IMG/VR virus record: IMGVR_UViG_3300046167_000801
Length of the DNA: 64,000 bases
Reading direction: 5' to 3' (one strand)
DNA from: a virus
Lineage: Duplodnaviria; Caudoviricetes
Every line of letters begins with the position of its first letter. The stretch's first letter is position 1. This document shows positions 39,866 through 49,496 of this stretch, piece by piece. The notes under the pieces are model-generated. The model saw nothing but the letters and a program-made list of their open reading frames with translations. It searched no databases and was not told where the DNA came from. A program made the position numbers and the translations under genes.

Positions 39866-40475
39866 AATAGTTATTTTGTTTTTCTTGTTTCTTAATATCT
39901 TTATGATGTATTAGTGAAAATGTTTCGTCCTCAGGTAAGTTGGTGTACGTGTTATAGTTTACTAACCTTTCATGTACCTTACCATACCATCTTATCCTAC
40001 CCTCTCTTTTCCATATTCTTGTTTGTGCGTCAGGAAAATTAACCCATCCTTTTGAGTTTACATTCCATCCCCACTTCTTAATGTGCTCTTCCGTCAAACC
40101 CTCAACAGTGTTTACTCTTGAAATTAAGAATACTTCGTTTTTAGGGTTGGCCTCAAGTATCGTTGGTAGGTAATTAATTAAATTTGTATGAGGCATTTCA
40201 TCTGCATCGATTTGAAAAATATAATCACCGTTACAGTAATCTGAAAGTTCATTCTTCCACTCACCAAAATGACCTTCAAAGAAACCTCTCCACATTTGGA
40301 AGTTAGGTAACTTATTATGTTTAATTAACCATTCAGCAATCTCCTCAGAACCATTTTTATGATCGTACAAAATGACTATCTCATCTTTAGGTCTTTTAAT
40401 TCTAAGTAGAAATTCAACCAATCGTTTTATTTCCTCGAATTCATTACAGACAGTTATAGCATAACTAATTTTCAT
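39846..40475 (-). CDS. GT2 glycosyltransferase
   Basis: ISYAITVCNE, YIFQIDADE, FPDAQTRIWK and KVHE. Confidence 0.9.
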   Translation of the reverse strand: MKISYAITVCNEFEEIKRLVEFLLRIKRPKDEIVILYDHKNGSEEIAEWLIKHNKLPNFQMWRGFFEGHFGEWKNELSDYCNGDYIFQIDADEMPHTNLINYLPTILEANPKNEVFLISRVNTVEGLTEEHIKKWGWNVNSKGWVNFPDAQTRIWKREGRIRWYGKVHERLVNYNTYTNLPEDETFSLIHHKDIKKQEKQNNYYDELQR

Positions 40476-41324
40476 CTATAAGGTTTTTATATAGTCTTCC
40501 AATCTATCTTTAGGTGACCAACCTAATTTATTTAAAGTATCGTCATTCTCTCTTTTAGTGGATCTATAATTACCTGGTTGATCAGGTATATTAATTTTTG
40601 GGTGATCACCAAACCTTTCAGTAAACATATTGTAAACTTGATTTATTGAGTAATTCATACCTGTTCCTAATTCCCATGCATCTTCATGTTTTTCATTTCC
40701 TGTACCCACTTTATAAAGTGCGTCAACGATGTCAATAACATGAGTGAAATCTCTTCTTTGTTCCCCATCACCAACTATCGTAATAGGTTCCCCTTTTGAT
40801 ACTTGGTGTCTCCATATACCTATCACTGCAGCCCATGTACCATCCACCAATTCGTTAGGACCATACACGTTATAAAATCTACAGATCTCGAAGTCACAAC
40901 CATAAGCGGTTCTGTACATTTTGAATATATCTTCACCTGTTCTCTTATAAGTTGCGTACGGAGATGTTTGAGGGTTGCACCATCTTGAGGAGGAACCCGC
41001 ATAAACCACTTTAATATTGTTTTCCTTAGCCCAATCAGCAACATACTGACAACCACCAGCATTAACTCTAAATGTTTCAGTAGGGTCATCAAACGAGGGT
41101 TGTATTCTTGACAACGCAGCTAAATGATAACATATATCAAAATTACCACCTATCGAATTGATTTGTTCGATGTCATTGTAATGGTAATCACACCCATCTA
41201 TTTCGTATTCTTTTAATCCCGTAGATAGGTCATCAATTGAGGACACTTCGTGACCCTCATCCATTAATCTACTGATTAAATTGGAACCAATAAACCCGTT
41301 CCCTCCTGTTACTAAAATTTTCAT
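40476..41324 (-). CDS. NAD-dependent epimerase/dehydratase (extended SDR)
   Basis: ILVTGGNGFIGS, HLAA, SPYATYK (YxxxK), RFYNVYGP and RDFTHV. Confidence 0.95.
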   Translation of the reverse strand: MKILVTGGNGFIGSNLISRLMDEGHEVSSIDDLSTGLKEYEIDGCDYHYNDIEQINSIGGNFDICYHLAALSRIQPSFDDPTETFRVNAGGCQYVADWAKENNIKVVYAGSSSRWCNPQTSPYATYKRTGEDIFKMYRTAYGCDFEICRFYNVYGPNELVDGTWAAVIGIWRHQVSKGEPITIVGDGEQRRDFTHVIDIVDALYKVGTGNEKHEDAWELGTGMNYSINQVYNMFTERFGDHPKINIPDQPGNYRSTKRENDDTLNKLGWSPKDRLEDYIKTL

Positions 41325-41328
41325 ACTA

Positions 41329-42591
41329 TTAATCTATTTTTTTTAATTCAGGTAAAACCAATTTAGTTTTCTTTGGTTTAACCTCGTTTATTATTACTGT
41401 TTTTAAAATTTCTTCAAATCTAATTGTTGTGGACTCTAATGAGAAGTTTTCATTATTTTCATCTCTGAGTATTTTAGATTTATCTAAAAATTCATCGTAC
41501 TTCTCTTCTACTATTTTAAAGACCTCAACAACCTCATTGTAATTACACGTAAACCATTTTGACTCTTTAAGTATAAAATCATCGGCAGCACTCTCATGTA
41601 CTTTAGTTAATTTACCTCCTAACATTATTGCCTTATCCATCGGTAAGAAATCCTTATGTCCTGACCAGTTAGATGCAATAATTGGTTTACCCGTCATGGA
41701 AAATTCTAATAGGGGTCTACCAAAACCCTCACCCTTTGTTAGTGTTACCATAGATTTTACTTTGGGGTGATTATACAAATCATTCATCTCATCATCAGTT
41801 AGTTGACCAAATAATAGATATACGTTAGGTGGGTTACTGTAGGTTGATGTAATTCTTTGTATTTTTTTTCTCATAACTTCCCTTTGTTTAATAGAGAAGT
41901 TAGCACTAGACGTCTTTAAAATCAATCCTGGTGCGTCTTCCACATCATTGAATGATTCACAAAAACATTTAATTAACATACCCACATCTTTTCTATCTTG
42001 ACCGAGATCACCCTTCAACCAATGACCAACAAACAAATAATTAAAATCGTTTTCTAATTCTAATTTTAAGTTGGATTCTTTTTCATAGTATATTGAAGTG
42101 TCCACACCTTCATGAAGAACGTCTAAATCTACGTTTACTTTATGTTGAGATATTAATTTACCTGTGACCTTATCTGTTTCATTATAAACTGTTTGTAATA
42201 ACACATCTCTCGAAAACGTCGATGTGGTTATAACTTTATCCATCCTATTTATCCCATCTATCCACTCCTTAGGTGCTGCGGTGGTCTCTATCCCTGCGGT
42301 TATACCAATATTGTACTTACCTTTTCTTTGAAATTCATTAGGTACGGTGACTTGAACATATATGTCAGGATGAAAATCTAAACTATCTATTATGTTCTCT
42401 TCGATCCAAGAATGAAATAGATTAACTTCAGGTTCTAATGCGGTCATAGGGGTCTTTCCCCAATTACAACTATCAATGTAGATATCGAATTTATCCATAT
42501 CATATAAGGACTTCAATAAATCTCTTGAATGTGAACCGTAACCACTTAAAGTTTTGACTGGTCCTCTAAATAATAGTTTCTGTTTAATCAT
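41329..42591 (-). CDS. GT4 (GT-B) glycosyltransferase
   Basis: SGYGSHSR, YLFVGHW, RKDVGML and KGEGFGRPLLE. Confidence 0.9.
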   Translation of the reverse strand: MIKQKLLFRGPVKTLSGYGSHSRDLLKSLYDMDKFDIYIDSCNWGKTPMTALEPEVNLFHSWIEENIIDSLDFHPDIYVQVTVPNEFQRKGKYNIGITAGIETTAAPKEWIDGINRMDKVITTSTFSRDVLLQTVYNETDKVTGKLISQHKVNVDLDVLHEGVDTSIYYEKESNLKLELENDFNYLFVGHWLKGDLGQDRKDVGMLIKCFCESFNDVEDAPGLILKTSSANFSIKQREVMRKKIQRITSTYSNPPNVYLLFGQLTDDEMNDLYNHPKVKSMVTLTKGEGFGRPLLEFSMTGKPIIASNWSGHKDFLPMDKAIMLGGKLTKVHESAADDFILKESKWFTCNYNEVVEVFKIVEEKYDEFLDKSKILRDENNENFSLESTTIRFEEILKTVIINEVKPKKTKLVLPELKKID

Positions 42592-42597
42592 GTTGAT

Positions 42598-42834
42598 TTA
42601 ATCTTCGGTTTGTTTATTTATAAACTCTTGAGGAAAATATTTCGTTAAGGTTGATAATTTATCATCAGCATCAACCAACATTGATAACGCCTCCTCTGCG
42701 TTTTTATAGAAGTCACCTGTTGAGTGATCCCCAATACCTGATCCTTTGTTACCTAAAAGATCTAAAGTTAATAACGCTTTTGATTTTTCTGCCAAGGCGT
42801 TAGTTCTTAGCATATCGATTAATTTAGTGTTCAT
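42598..42834 (-). CDS. Hypothetical protein, 78 aa
   Basis: Embedded in the operon; has GIGDHS. Confidence 0.7.
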   Translation of the reverse strand: MNTKLIDMLRTNALAEKSKALLTLDLLGNKGSGIGDHSTGDFYKNAEEALSMLVDADDKLSTLTKYFPQEFINKQTED

Positions 42835-42836
42835 AG

Positions 42837-44213
42837 TTATGTTATTTTAAATAATTCAAAATTTTTCTTAGGTGTGAATTTAGTTAAGGCGTTCTCCATA
42901 CCTTTAATTAATGATTCACACATAGTTTTAGTTGAAAAGTTCTTTATCATGTATTTTCTACCTACAAGACCTCTTCTTTTTCTTTCCTCTCTACCTAAAT
43001 CGTACATCTTCTGTATTGATGAAACAACATCATAATGATTTATCCTATCATCAAATATGTAAGGTGTATTAATTGACCCGTTAAGAGTTGTAGATGCGGG
43101 CCACACAGGACTAACCCACTCACCGTGAGTAACTTTATCTTCCCATTTTTTAGGATCATGAAGTGTACCTATATCAATGTAATCACCTGCAGTTAGTGGT
43201 TTACCATCTAATTTAAAACCACATTGATCTTGTAATCCACCAGTGACGTTTACTATTATTGGGGTACCCGACATTACAGACTCTGCGGTGGTTAGACCAA
43301 AACCTTCATTGTTAGCAATGTTTATTGTACAATCTACTGTGTTGTATATTCTATTTAATTTATCCTGATCGAATTTATCGTTGGTGAATTTAACATCATA
43401 CTTAGGACATAATTCATTGACGACAGCAACCAAGTCAGTACCGTTTTTATCTATTGACCTTGTATGCATCAGGAGTAAACACTTACTCGCATCCTCTTCT
43501 GAAAGAGTATCACAAAATGTTTTGTATGAATAAATTACATCAGATGGTTGTTTACGTTTGATGTTTCTGTTATTAAAGAATAATATGAAATCATAGTCTT
43601 TGTCACCATGAATAAATTTTTTCATCTCATCATCAACCTCTACGGGTTTGAATGTGTCTGGATTTATACCGTGAGGTACGTAACTTACCTGCCACTTTTT
43701 CAATGGGTTGTGAGTACTTTCCCTTTTAGACATACCAACTCTATTAACAATTCCATAGGTTTGTTTGGAGATACACCCCAACCAATCACAAGATTCATAG
43801 TAATCTCTATTGTAATAAGGATCTGGTAAATCGTCCCATATATGATAAAAGAAAATTGGTACTTGTTGTCTTATTTCATGTTCGTTATCGTACAACCATT
43901 GCCAGTAATGTGGGTCAGTAAAATGTAATATTGCGTCAGGTTTCTCTATAGAGATTAATTCTCTTAACCTTTCGATATTACCATAACCATTAGATGGGTA
44001 TATTTTTACATTTGCATCTTTGACACCAGTTTTATTTCTAACATCATTATTAAGATCTACAATCTTACCGAATTCAGGGTGTTTTATTGCCGCACCTAAT
44101 TGAACCCAATCAAATTTATCGACTGTACCGATAACCATCTCTTTTGACATGGTCGCCACACCTGAAGTCATTCTCATGTCGTCAGATAAAAGTAAAATCT
44201 TTTTCTTACTCAT
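42837..44213 (-). CDS. GT4 (GT-B) glycosyltransferase
   Basis: LLSDDMRMTSGV, NNRNIKRK, NEGFGLTTAES and GGLQDQ. Confidence 0.9.
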   Translation of the reverse strand: MSKKKILLLSDDMRMTSGVATMSKEMVIGTVDKFDWVQLGAAIKHPEFGKIVDLNNDVRNKTGVKDANVKIYPSNGYGNIERLRELISIEKPDAILHFTDPHYWQWLYDNEHEIRQQVPIFFYHIWDDLPDPYYNRDYYESCDWLGCISKQTYGIVNRVGMSKRESTHNPLKKWQVSYVPHGINPDTFKPVEVDDEMKKFIHGDKDYDFILFFNNRNIKRKQPSDVIYSYKTFCDTLSEEDASKCLLLMHTRSIDKNGTDLVAVVNELCPKYDVKFTNDKFDQDKLNRIYNTVDCTINIANNEGFGLTTAESVMSGTPIIVNVTGGLQDQCGFKLDGKPLTAGDYIDIGTLHDPKKWEDKVTHGEWVSPVWPASTTLNGSINTPYIFDDRINHYDVVSSIQKMYDLGREERKRRGLVGRKYMIKNFSTKTMCESLIKGMENALTKFTPKKNFELFKIT

Positions 44214-44216
44214 AAA

Positions 44217-44420
44217 TTAAAATCTTGAACCACTAACGGCTAAAACATTATGACTATCAATTAGACCTCTAAATTCTTCATTGGTGTTATATAAATCTAA
44301 AGAACGATTTACCAATTTTTGAAAGTTAAGTCCATCAGTCTCTATCGTCTTGATTCTGAATTGTTTGTAAGTGTTTTCTATAACGTTAACAGTAGTTAAC
44401 TTTGTCTTTGCTTTACTCAT
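44217..44420 (-). CDS. Small protein, ribbon-helix-helix-like
   Basis: LTTVNV strand followed by two helices (YKQFRIK; FQKLVNRSLDLY). Confidence 0.5.
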   Translation of the reverse strand: MSKAKTKLTTVNVIENTYKQFRIKTIETDGLNFQKLVNRSLDLYNTNEEFRGLIDSHNVLAVSGSRF

Positions 44421-44454
44421 ACTTGTATATATTTCTATATATATAGTTTATATC

Positions 44455-44489
44455 AAAAAAATACCACTGCAGAATAATACTGTGGTATT
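44455..44489 (-). terminator. Putative Rho-independent terminator (minus strand)
   Basis: AATACCAC/GTGGTATT stem next to an A6 run (U-tract on the minus transcript), downstream of the MGCGC ORF. Confidence 0.45.
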
Positions 44490-44518
44490 AATTAGATTCA
44501 TAAATCCACGTACGTGGA

Positions 44519-44641
44519 CTACGAATTTTTCTTTGCCTCTTCTACCTTTACTATTACAGGACTGTTCGGTTCCTGTTGAATAATTTTAGTTGTCTGACTG
44601 GTTGTCTGTTGTGTTTTCTTTTTTTTACATCCACATCCCAT
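44519..44641 (-). CDS. 40-aa microprotein MGCGCKKKKTQQTTSQTTKIIQQEPNSPVIVKVEEAKKNS (not in ORF track)
   Basis: Manual translation; ATG at 44641, TAG at 44521-44519. Confidence 0.6.
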   Translation of the reverse strand: MGCGCKKKKTQQTTSQTTKIIQQEPNSPVIVKVEEAKKNS

Positions 44642-44775
44642 AATATAAAGTGTTTTATAATAATTATTTGGTTTATTAAAAAGTATCACTACTTCTTGTA
44701 TAGTATAAATATTTTAAAATGATTTATCAATAGTTAACTCAAATAAAAAATCCCACTTATTTTCTTTAGGGGGGG

Positions 44776-44804
44776 TTTCTTTTCTAATTTATTTTATGTA
44801 TATT
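44776..44804 (+). promoter_or_regulatory. Putative promoter TTT-N20-TATATT
   Basis: Upstream of 44830, directly after a G7 run. Confidence 0.4.
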
Positions 44805-44829
44805 TTATTATAATCAAACTCAGAATAGA

Positions 44830-45522
44830 ATGGAAGAAGTACAAAAAGATTTTAAAATGGTAAAGAGTGTTTACAACTCTAACTTTGAAACCATAACCAA
44901 CATAATGCATCTCTACGGTATTGAGAAGTTTGATTTAGATTGTACTTACTCTAAAGGTAATTTTTGGAAGGGGTTACCAGACCCCACACATAAGACGGAT
45001 TTAATTCCACATTATGAACATGTCATTCAGTCGGATTCTGAGAATCTTCCATTTGAAAATGAATCAATGAGTGCGATTATGTACGATCCCCCATTTATTA
45101 TTGTTGGTAGTGGTAAGGGTTATAAAAAGAATGGACCAAATAGTTCTATTATAGCAAAAAGATTCGAAGGTTATGGAACATATAATGACCTAAAAGAAAA
45201 TTATTACAATACACTTAAAGAGTTGTATAGACTCACTAAGAAAGGTGGTTTTGTGGTTATGAAATGTCAAGATACGGTTTCTGGTGGTAAACAACATTTC
45301 AGTCACGTCATGGTAATGAATATGGCATATTCTTTAGGGTTTTACCCAAGAGATATGTTCGTATTGACATCCAACGTTAGAGTAAATGCATTTAACGGAA
45401 CTAAGTGGAAGAAACAGCACCACGCCAGAAAATATCACTCTTATTTTTGGGTTTTTGAAAAACGTAAACCTAGAGTACCTTACGAGTTTAGTAATTTAGA
45501 TTCACACGATCACCAACTTTAA
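44830..45522 (+). CDS. Compact DNA methyltransferase (N6-adenine/N4-cytosine type)
   Basis: DLDCTYSKGNFW (motif I variant), IMYDPPF (motif IV) and VVMKCQD. Confidence 0.8.
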   Translation: MEEVQKDFKMVKSVYNSNFETITNIMHLYGIEKFDLDCTYSKGNFWKGLPDPTHKTDLIPHYEHVIQSDSENLPFENESMSAIMYDPPFIIVGSGKGYKKNGPNSSIIAKRFEGYGTYNDLKENYYNTLKELYRLTKKGGFVVMKCQDTVSGGKQHFSHVMVMNMAYSLGFYPRDMFVLTSNVRVNAFNGTKWKKQHHARKYHSYFWVFEKRKPRVPYEFSNLDSHDHQL

Positions 45523-45823
45523 GATTATTACAAGTACCTGAAGGGAATTCTACTACATGATCCCCTATACCTGTATATCTCTTATCACATTCTAAATCAC
45601 ATGGTTGGCAATCTAAGTGTATATTCGTTATTACATTTTTATTGACAAATATAATGTCCAAAGGAATTAGACATTTGTGCATCCAGAAACTGTGGTACCC
45701 CTTACCCATATCAAAAACCATACAACCCTTTAGTTCTTTACGACCCATCATACCCTGTTTTATTTGGTCGGGGGTTGTCATGTATTCTGCGTAAAATACT
45801 TGACCATCAATTATTACTGCCAT
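45488..45823 (-). CDS. DUF192 family protein
   Basis: TPDQIKQGMMGR, GCMVF, FWMHKCLIPLDIIF and VVEFPSG...VGD. Confidence 0.9.
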   Translation of the reverse strand: MAVIIDGQVFYAEYMTTPDQIKQGMMGRKELKGCMVFDMGKGYHSFWMHKCLIPLDIIFVNKNVITNIHLDCQPCDLECDKRYTGIGDHVVEFPSGTCNNLKVGDRVNLNY

Positions 45824-45835
45824 ATCTATAATTAG

Positions 45836-45864
45836 TTGATATTTAAATTTAAATTACGTATATT
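45836..45864 (+). promoter_or_regulatory. Putative promoter TTG-N20-TATATT
   Basis: 6 nt before the ATG at 45871. Confidence 0.6.
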
Positions 45865-45870
45865 TTAAAC

Positions 45871-46221
45871 ATGACAAAGTACAACGACTTAATTCTCGGA
45901 ATAGTATATTTTTTAATAGGACATATTATGGTGTTCTACCAATTAAACGGTCAGTTCATTTGGAAGAGTTTCAAAGAGAATGAGGTGGTTGTTGCTGCAA
46001 CAGGTATAATTATATCTTTTTTCTTTATATGGGGTACTAAGTACACTGTGGACGCGATGGACGGATTACTATGGCCCGCTAGATTTATTGGTTTCAGTAT
46101 TGGTATGTTACAATATGCAATATTTGTAAACATCTATTTTAAAGAAGGTATAGATTTAAAAACGATCATTAGTTTAGGACTATGTTTCGTTCTAATTTCA
46201 ATTCAAGTGTTGTGGAAATGA
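45871..46221 (+). CDS. Small 4-TM membrane protein (SMR/EamA-like)
   Basis: Four hydrophobic segments in 116 aa. Confidence 0.55.
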   Translation: MTKYNDLILGIVYFLIGHIMVFYQLNGQFIWKSFKENEVVVAATGIIISFFFIWGTKYTVDAMDGLLWPARFIGFSIGMLQYAIFVNIYFKEGIDLKTIISLGLCFVLISIQVLWK

Positions 46222-46793
46222 AAAAACATTTAATAGTAATAGGACATCCCGATAAAAAATCATTTTGTTACAATGGTATTTTCAAAACTATCGTAAGAGA
46301 GTTAACCAGATATAAAGAAGAGTTTGAGATTATTGATTTATATGATGATAAATTACATCGTGATAGAACCGAGTTAATCAAGGGATATAAAAAATTAGTT
46401 AAGTGGTCAACTCACATCTATTTTGTTTCACCTGTTTGGTGGTTTAGACTTACCCCTAAAACTGAGACATTCTTCGATGAGGTACTCACACCAGGTTTTG
46501 CATATAAGTTCATACCATTGTTTGGTAAGTATGCTTACCCAAAACCATTTCTTAGTGATAAGAAAGTTAGGACCTATATAACACATGGTGCACCGATGTT
46601 ACCTGTTGTTACTTTATATCTTAATTCAGTTAAGTTAAGATTAGTAATGGGGGTTTACACGTTTGTGTTTGGATGGAAATTGAGTAGGTGGAGAAAAACA
46701 AAACAATTTTGGTCAGTACCATTTGTAGATGCGAAGAAACGAGCAAAATATTTACGAGTGGTAAAAAATGATATTAGGAAAGATTTAAAGTGA
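46218..46793 (+). CDS. NAD(P)H-dependent oxidoreductase, flavodoxin-like fold (Flavodoxin_2)
   Basis: HLIVIGHPDKKSF, FVSPVWWF, FFDEVLTPGFAY and ITHGAP. Likely start is 46218 (ATGA overlap). Confidence 0.85.
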   Translation: MKKHLIVIGHPDKKSFCYNGIFKTIVRELTRYKEEFEIIDLYDDKLHRDRTELIKGYKKLVKWSTHIYFVSPVWWFRLTPKTETFFDEVLTPGFAYKFIPLFGKYAYPKPFLSDKKVRTYITHGAPMLPVVTLYLNSVKLRLVMGVYTFVFGWKLSRWRKTKQFWSVPFVDAKKRAKYLRVVKNDIRKDLK

Positions 46794-47020
46794 AGATAGA
46801 AGACTTAGATAGGATTATAGAAATGGCATGGGAAGATAGGACCCCCTTTGAAGCTATAGAATTCCAATTCGGTATTAAAGAGAATGAGGTTCGTAAGATA
46901 ATGAGAACTCATATGAAAGAGTCATCATTTAAGATGTGGAGAGAACGTGTAAAAGGTAGAAAAACTAAACATAGTAAAACATCAGAATCAAATAGATTTA
47001 AATCTAAAAATCAGAAATAG
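46790..47020 (+). CDS. TIGR03643 / DUF2805 family protein
   Basis: IIEMAWEDRTPFEAIEFQFGIKENEV...SSFKMWRERVKGRKTKH. Confidence 0.9.
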   Translation: MKIEDLDRIIEMAWEDRTPFEAIEFQFGIKENEVRKIMRTHMKESSFKMWRERVKGRKTKHSKTSESNRFKSKNQK

Positions 47021-47037
47021 TTGAACGATAACCTTTA

Positions 47038-47568
47038 ATGGTAGATGTAGATAAAATAGTACAATACAGAATGGTCGATGGGGACCTAACGTCACGTAAG
47101 ACTCCGTCATATTATTCTCTTCAATATGTTGATGTAAATAATTACAAAACGTTTATTGATGACATCACTAAAGTATCTAACTTAATTATAAAACAAATAC
47201 CTGATTGGGATGATGCTCCTACGGTAGAAACAGTCATTAAAAGGTTTGAATCAAAATCGTATACTTATTTATTTTATTATAAAGATAAGTGTATTGGGTG
47301 GAATTGGGGTAACCCTAATTTTACATATAATTGGATTGATGTTGATCAAGAATTAGAAGATGATGAAACTTACTTAGGTGGGTGTTTTGTCAATTTAGAT
47401 AAGAAAGACAGACCTAATAACGCTGGTTATATAATGTGTTATATGTTTTTCGAGGAGGAGAGTAGAAGAGGTTTTAAATCTATGTACGGTGTTACCGACG
47501 ATTGGAACAGAAGAGCGTCGTTATTGTATTATCGATTAGGTTGGAAAACGTACAATTTTATAAAATAA
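47038..47568 (+). CDS. GNAT-fold acetyltransferase-like protein
   Basis: YLGGCFV...RPNNAG...WNRRASLLYYRLGW. Confidence 0.65.
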   Translation: MVDVDKIVQYRMVDGDLTSRKTPSYYSLQYVDVNNYKTFIDDITKVSNLIIKQIPDWDDAPTVETVIKRFESKSYTYLFYYKDKCIGWNWGNPNFTYNWIDVDQELEDDETYLGGCFVNLDKKDRPNNAGYIMCYMFFEEESRRGFKSMYGVTDDWNRRASLLYYRLGWKTYNFIK

Positions 47569-47574
47569 TTAATT

Positions 47575-48597
47575 ATGAATAAGTTAGATGCACAGTACCA
47601 AGGATTATTGGATGATATATTAAATTTCGGAGTAAAGAAGAATGATCGTACAGGGACAGGTACATTATCTGTGTTTGGTAGACAGATAAGACATAACATG
47701 AACGATGGTTTCCCTCTACTAACAACTAAAAAAATGGCGGTCAAATCCGTAATGACTGAATTAAAATGGTTTTTAAAAGGAGATACTAATATCAAATACT
47801 TAGTGGACAATGGTTGTAAAATTTGGAATGGTGATGCATATAAAAATTACTTAAACATTTACAACTATAATTTTAAAGATGACGATACTATTGAACCCCT
47901 CACTATAGAGGAGTTCATGGAGGATTTCAATGAAGATCAAGAATTTAGAGATCAATGGGGTGAGTTAGGTCCTATCTACGGAAAACAATGGAGACATTGG
48001 TTTGGATATGATAGTAATGTTAACCCATATTATGTAGATCAAATCTCAAATTTAATTAATGAACTTAAAGTTAATCCTGATAGTAGAAGATTGATGGTGT
48101 CGGCATGGAATGTTGGAGAGTTAAGTCAAATGGTTTTACCTCCCTGTCATTATGGTTTCCAAGTGTATACCAGAGAATTAAATTTAGATGAAAGAATTGA
48201 CTACCACAATAGAGGTTCTATAAACAAATCTTCAGATTATTTTAGTGAACATATGGATGCGATGGGGGTACCAAATAGATCCATATCCTTATCTTGGAAT
48301 CAGAGATCTGTTGATACGTTTTTAGGTTTACCATTCAACATAGCATCTTATGGGATGTTACTACATCTAATTGCTAAAGAAGTAAATATGGTACCCGAAG
48401 ACCTTATAGGTAATTTAGGTGACACCCACTTATATTTGAATCATGTGGAACAGGCGGAAGAACAATTAAGTAGAGAACCTAAACCCCACCTACCAAAATT
48501 GAAATTACTTAGTTCCGATATTATGAACGGTGATTTTGACTATGAGTTATTACATTATCATTCACACCCACCAATAAAAGCACCACTAAGTAATTAA
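47575..48597 (+). CDS. thyA: Thymidylate synthase
   Basis: DRTGTGT, FPLLTTKK, LGPIYGKQWR, SRRLMVSAWN, LPPCH, QRSVD..LGLPFNIASY and GDTHLY. Confidence 0.97.
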   Translation: MNKLDAQYQGLLDDILNFGVKKNDRTGTGTLSVFGRQIRHNMNDGFPLLTTKKMAVKSVMTELKWFLKGDTNIKYLVDNGCKIWNGDAYKNYLNIYNYNFKDDDTIEPLTIEEFMEDFNEDQEFRDQWGELGPIYGKQWRHWFGYDSNVNPYYVDQISNLINELKVNPDSRRLMVSAWNVGELSQMVLPPCHYGFQVYTRELNLDERIDYHNRGSINKSSDYFSEHMDAMGVPNRSISLSWNQRSVDTFLGLPFNIASYGMLLHLIAKEVNMVPEDLIGNLGDTHLYLNHVEQAEEQLSREPKPHLPKLKLLSSDIMNGDFDYELLHYHSHPPIKAPLSN

Positions 48598-48990
48598 ATG
48601 CAATTAATAACAACACACCCAATAAAGAAATCAGATTTAGGTTTTCACGCTAACTTGTTTGGTGGTAAACTACTAGCATGGTTAGACGCTGCTGGTGCTG
48701 CATATGCAATGGAGATATGTGACACACCAAGAATGGTTACTGTCATGATTGATAAATGTATATTCAAAAAACCAGCTAAGGAAGGACAACTAATTAAGAT
48801 TTATGGAAATGTAGTTCATGTTGGTAACACGTCAATTACGTTTTATTTAGAGGCGAGAGCCCATAATGTGTACTCAGGTAATCAAACGGTTATATTACAA
48901 ACTAACATAAGATTTGTAAGGATAGATGAAAATGGGGACTCCGTTCCATTATCTGACAAAATCAAAAACAAATATGGAACAAAAGAATAA
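48598..48990 (+). CDS. Acyl-CoA thioesterase, hotdog fold (YciA-like)
   Basis: DLGFHANLFGGKLLAWLD.AG, FKKP, VGNTS and FVRIDENG..VP. Confidence 0.9.
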   Translation: MQLITTHPIKKSDLGFHANLFGGKLLAWLDAAGAAYAMEICDTPRMVTVMIDKCIFKKPAKEGQLIKIYGNVVHVGNTSITFYLEARAHNVYSGNQTVILQTNIRFVRIDENGDSVPLSDKIKNKYGTKE

Positions 48991-49273
48991 TTATAATTTT
49001 CGTTTAGACATATTAAGAAGAAAGATTGATGTTTTGGATGATGCGTTGTATGGTTGTATTAAAAAAAGATTTAACGATACTAACCTCATAGGTAAGTTAA
49101 AAAGAGAATACCACATTACGGATATGTGTGAGAAGCGTAAAGAAGAAATTTACGGAAGACTTGAAACTAAATGTAATGATGATGGTTTACCACCACAATT
49201 ACTTAAAGACATATACAACCTAATATTTGAGTACTCAATAAAAGACCAAAAAAGAATAATTGGTGAGAAGTAA
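48974..49273 (+). CDS. Chorismate mutase type II (AroQ)-like protein
   Basis: LRRKIDVLD, KKRF, IGKLK, R..IY and SIKDQ. The residue equivalent to E. coli Glu52 appears to be Lys. Likely start is 48974. Confidence 0.7.
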   Translation: MEQKNNYNFRLDILRRKIDVLDDALYGCIKKRFNDTNLIGKLKREYHITDMCEKRKEEIYGRLETKCNDDGLPPQLLKDIYNLIFEYSIKDQKRIIGEK

Positions 49274-49496
49274 CGTTATTGATTTACATGGACTAAACAG
49301 GACGGAAGCGTTCATTCTTGTCGAAGATGAGTTATTAATTAGATCTAATAGTGGGACATTCAGTCTAACAATAATCACAGGTAATAGTAAACCCATGAGA
49401 GATGGGGTTATCCGTATATGTGAAACACACGGTTTTAGTTACGTGGTACCATCACACAATATGGGTGAAATAATAGTTAACTATTTTTCGTTTTAA
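49260..49496 (+). CDS. Stand-alone Smr domain protein
   Basis: IDLHGLNRTEA...LTIITGNS...NMGEIIV. Confidence 0.75.
   Translation: MVRSNVIDLHGLNRTEAFILVEDELLIRSNSGTFSLTIITGNSKPMRDGVIRICETHGFSYVVPSHNMGEIIVNYFSF

Noticed and set aside
44769-44775. G7 homopolymer as a phase-variation switch for the DNA methyltransferase
   Set aside because: It lies just outside the putative -33/-7 spacer and outside any CDS, so a length change has no obvious effect.
47575-48597. thyA as a dCMP hydroxymethylase feeding DNA hypermodification
   Set aside because: It keeps the Asn of LGLPFN that specifies dUMP; hydroxymethylases have Asp there. No intron is evident.
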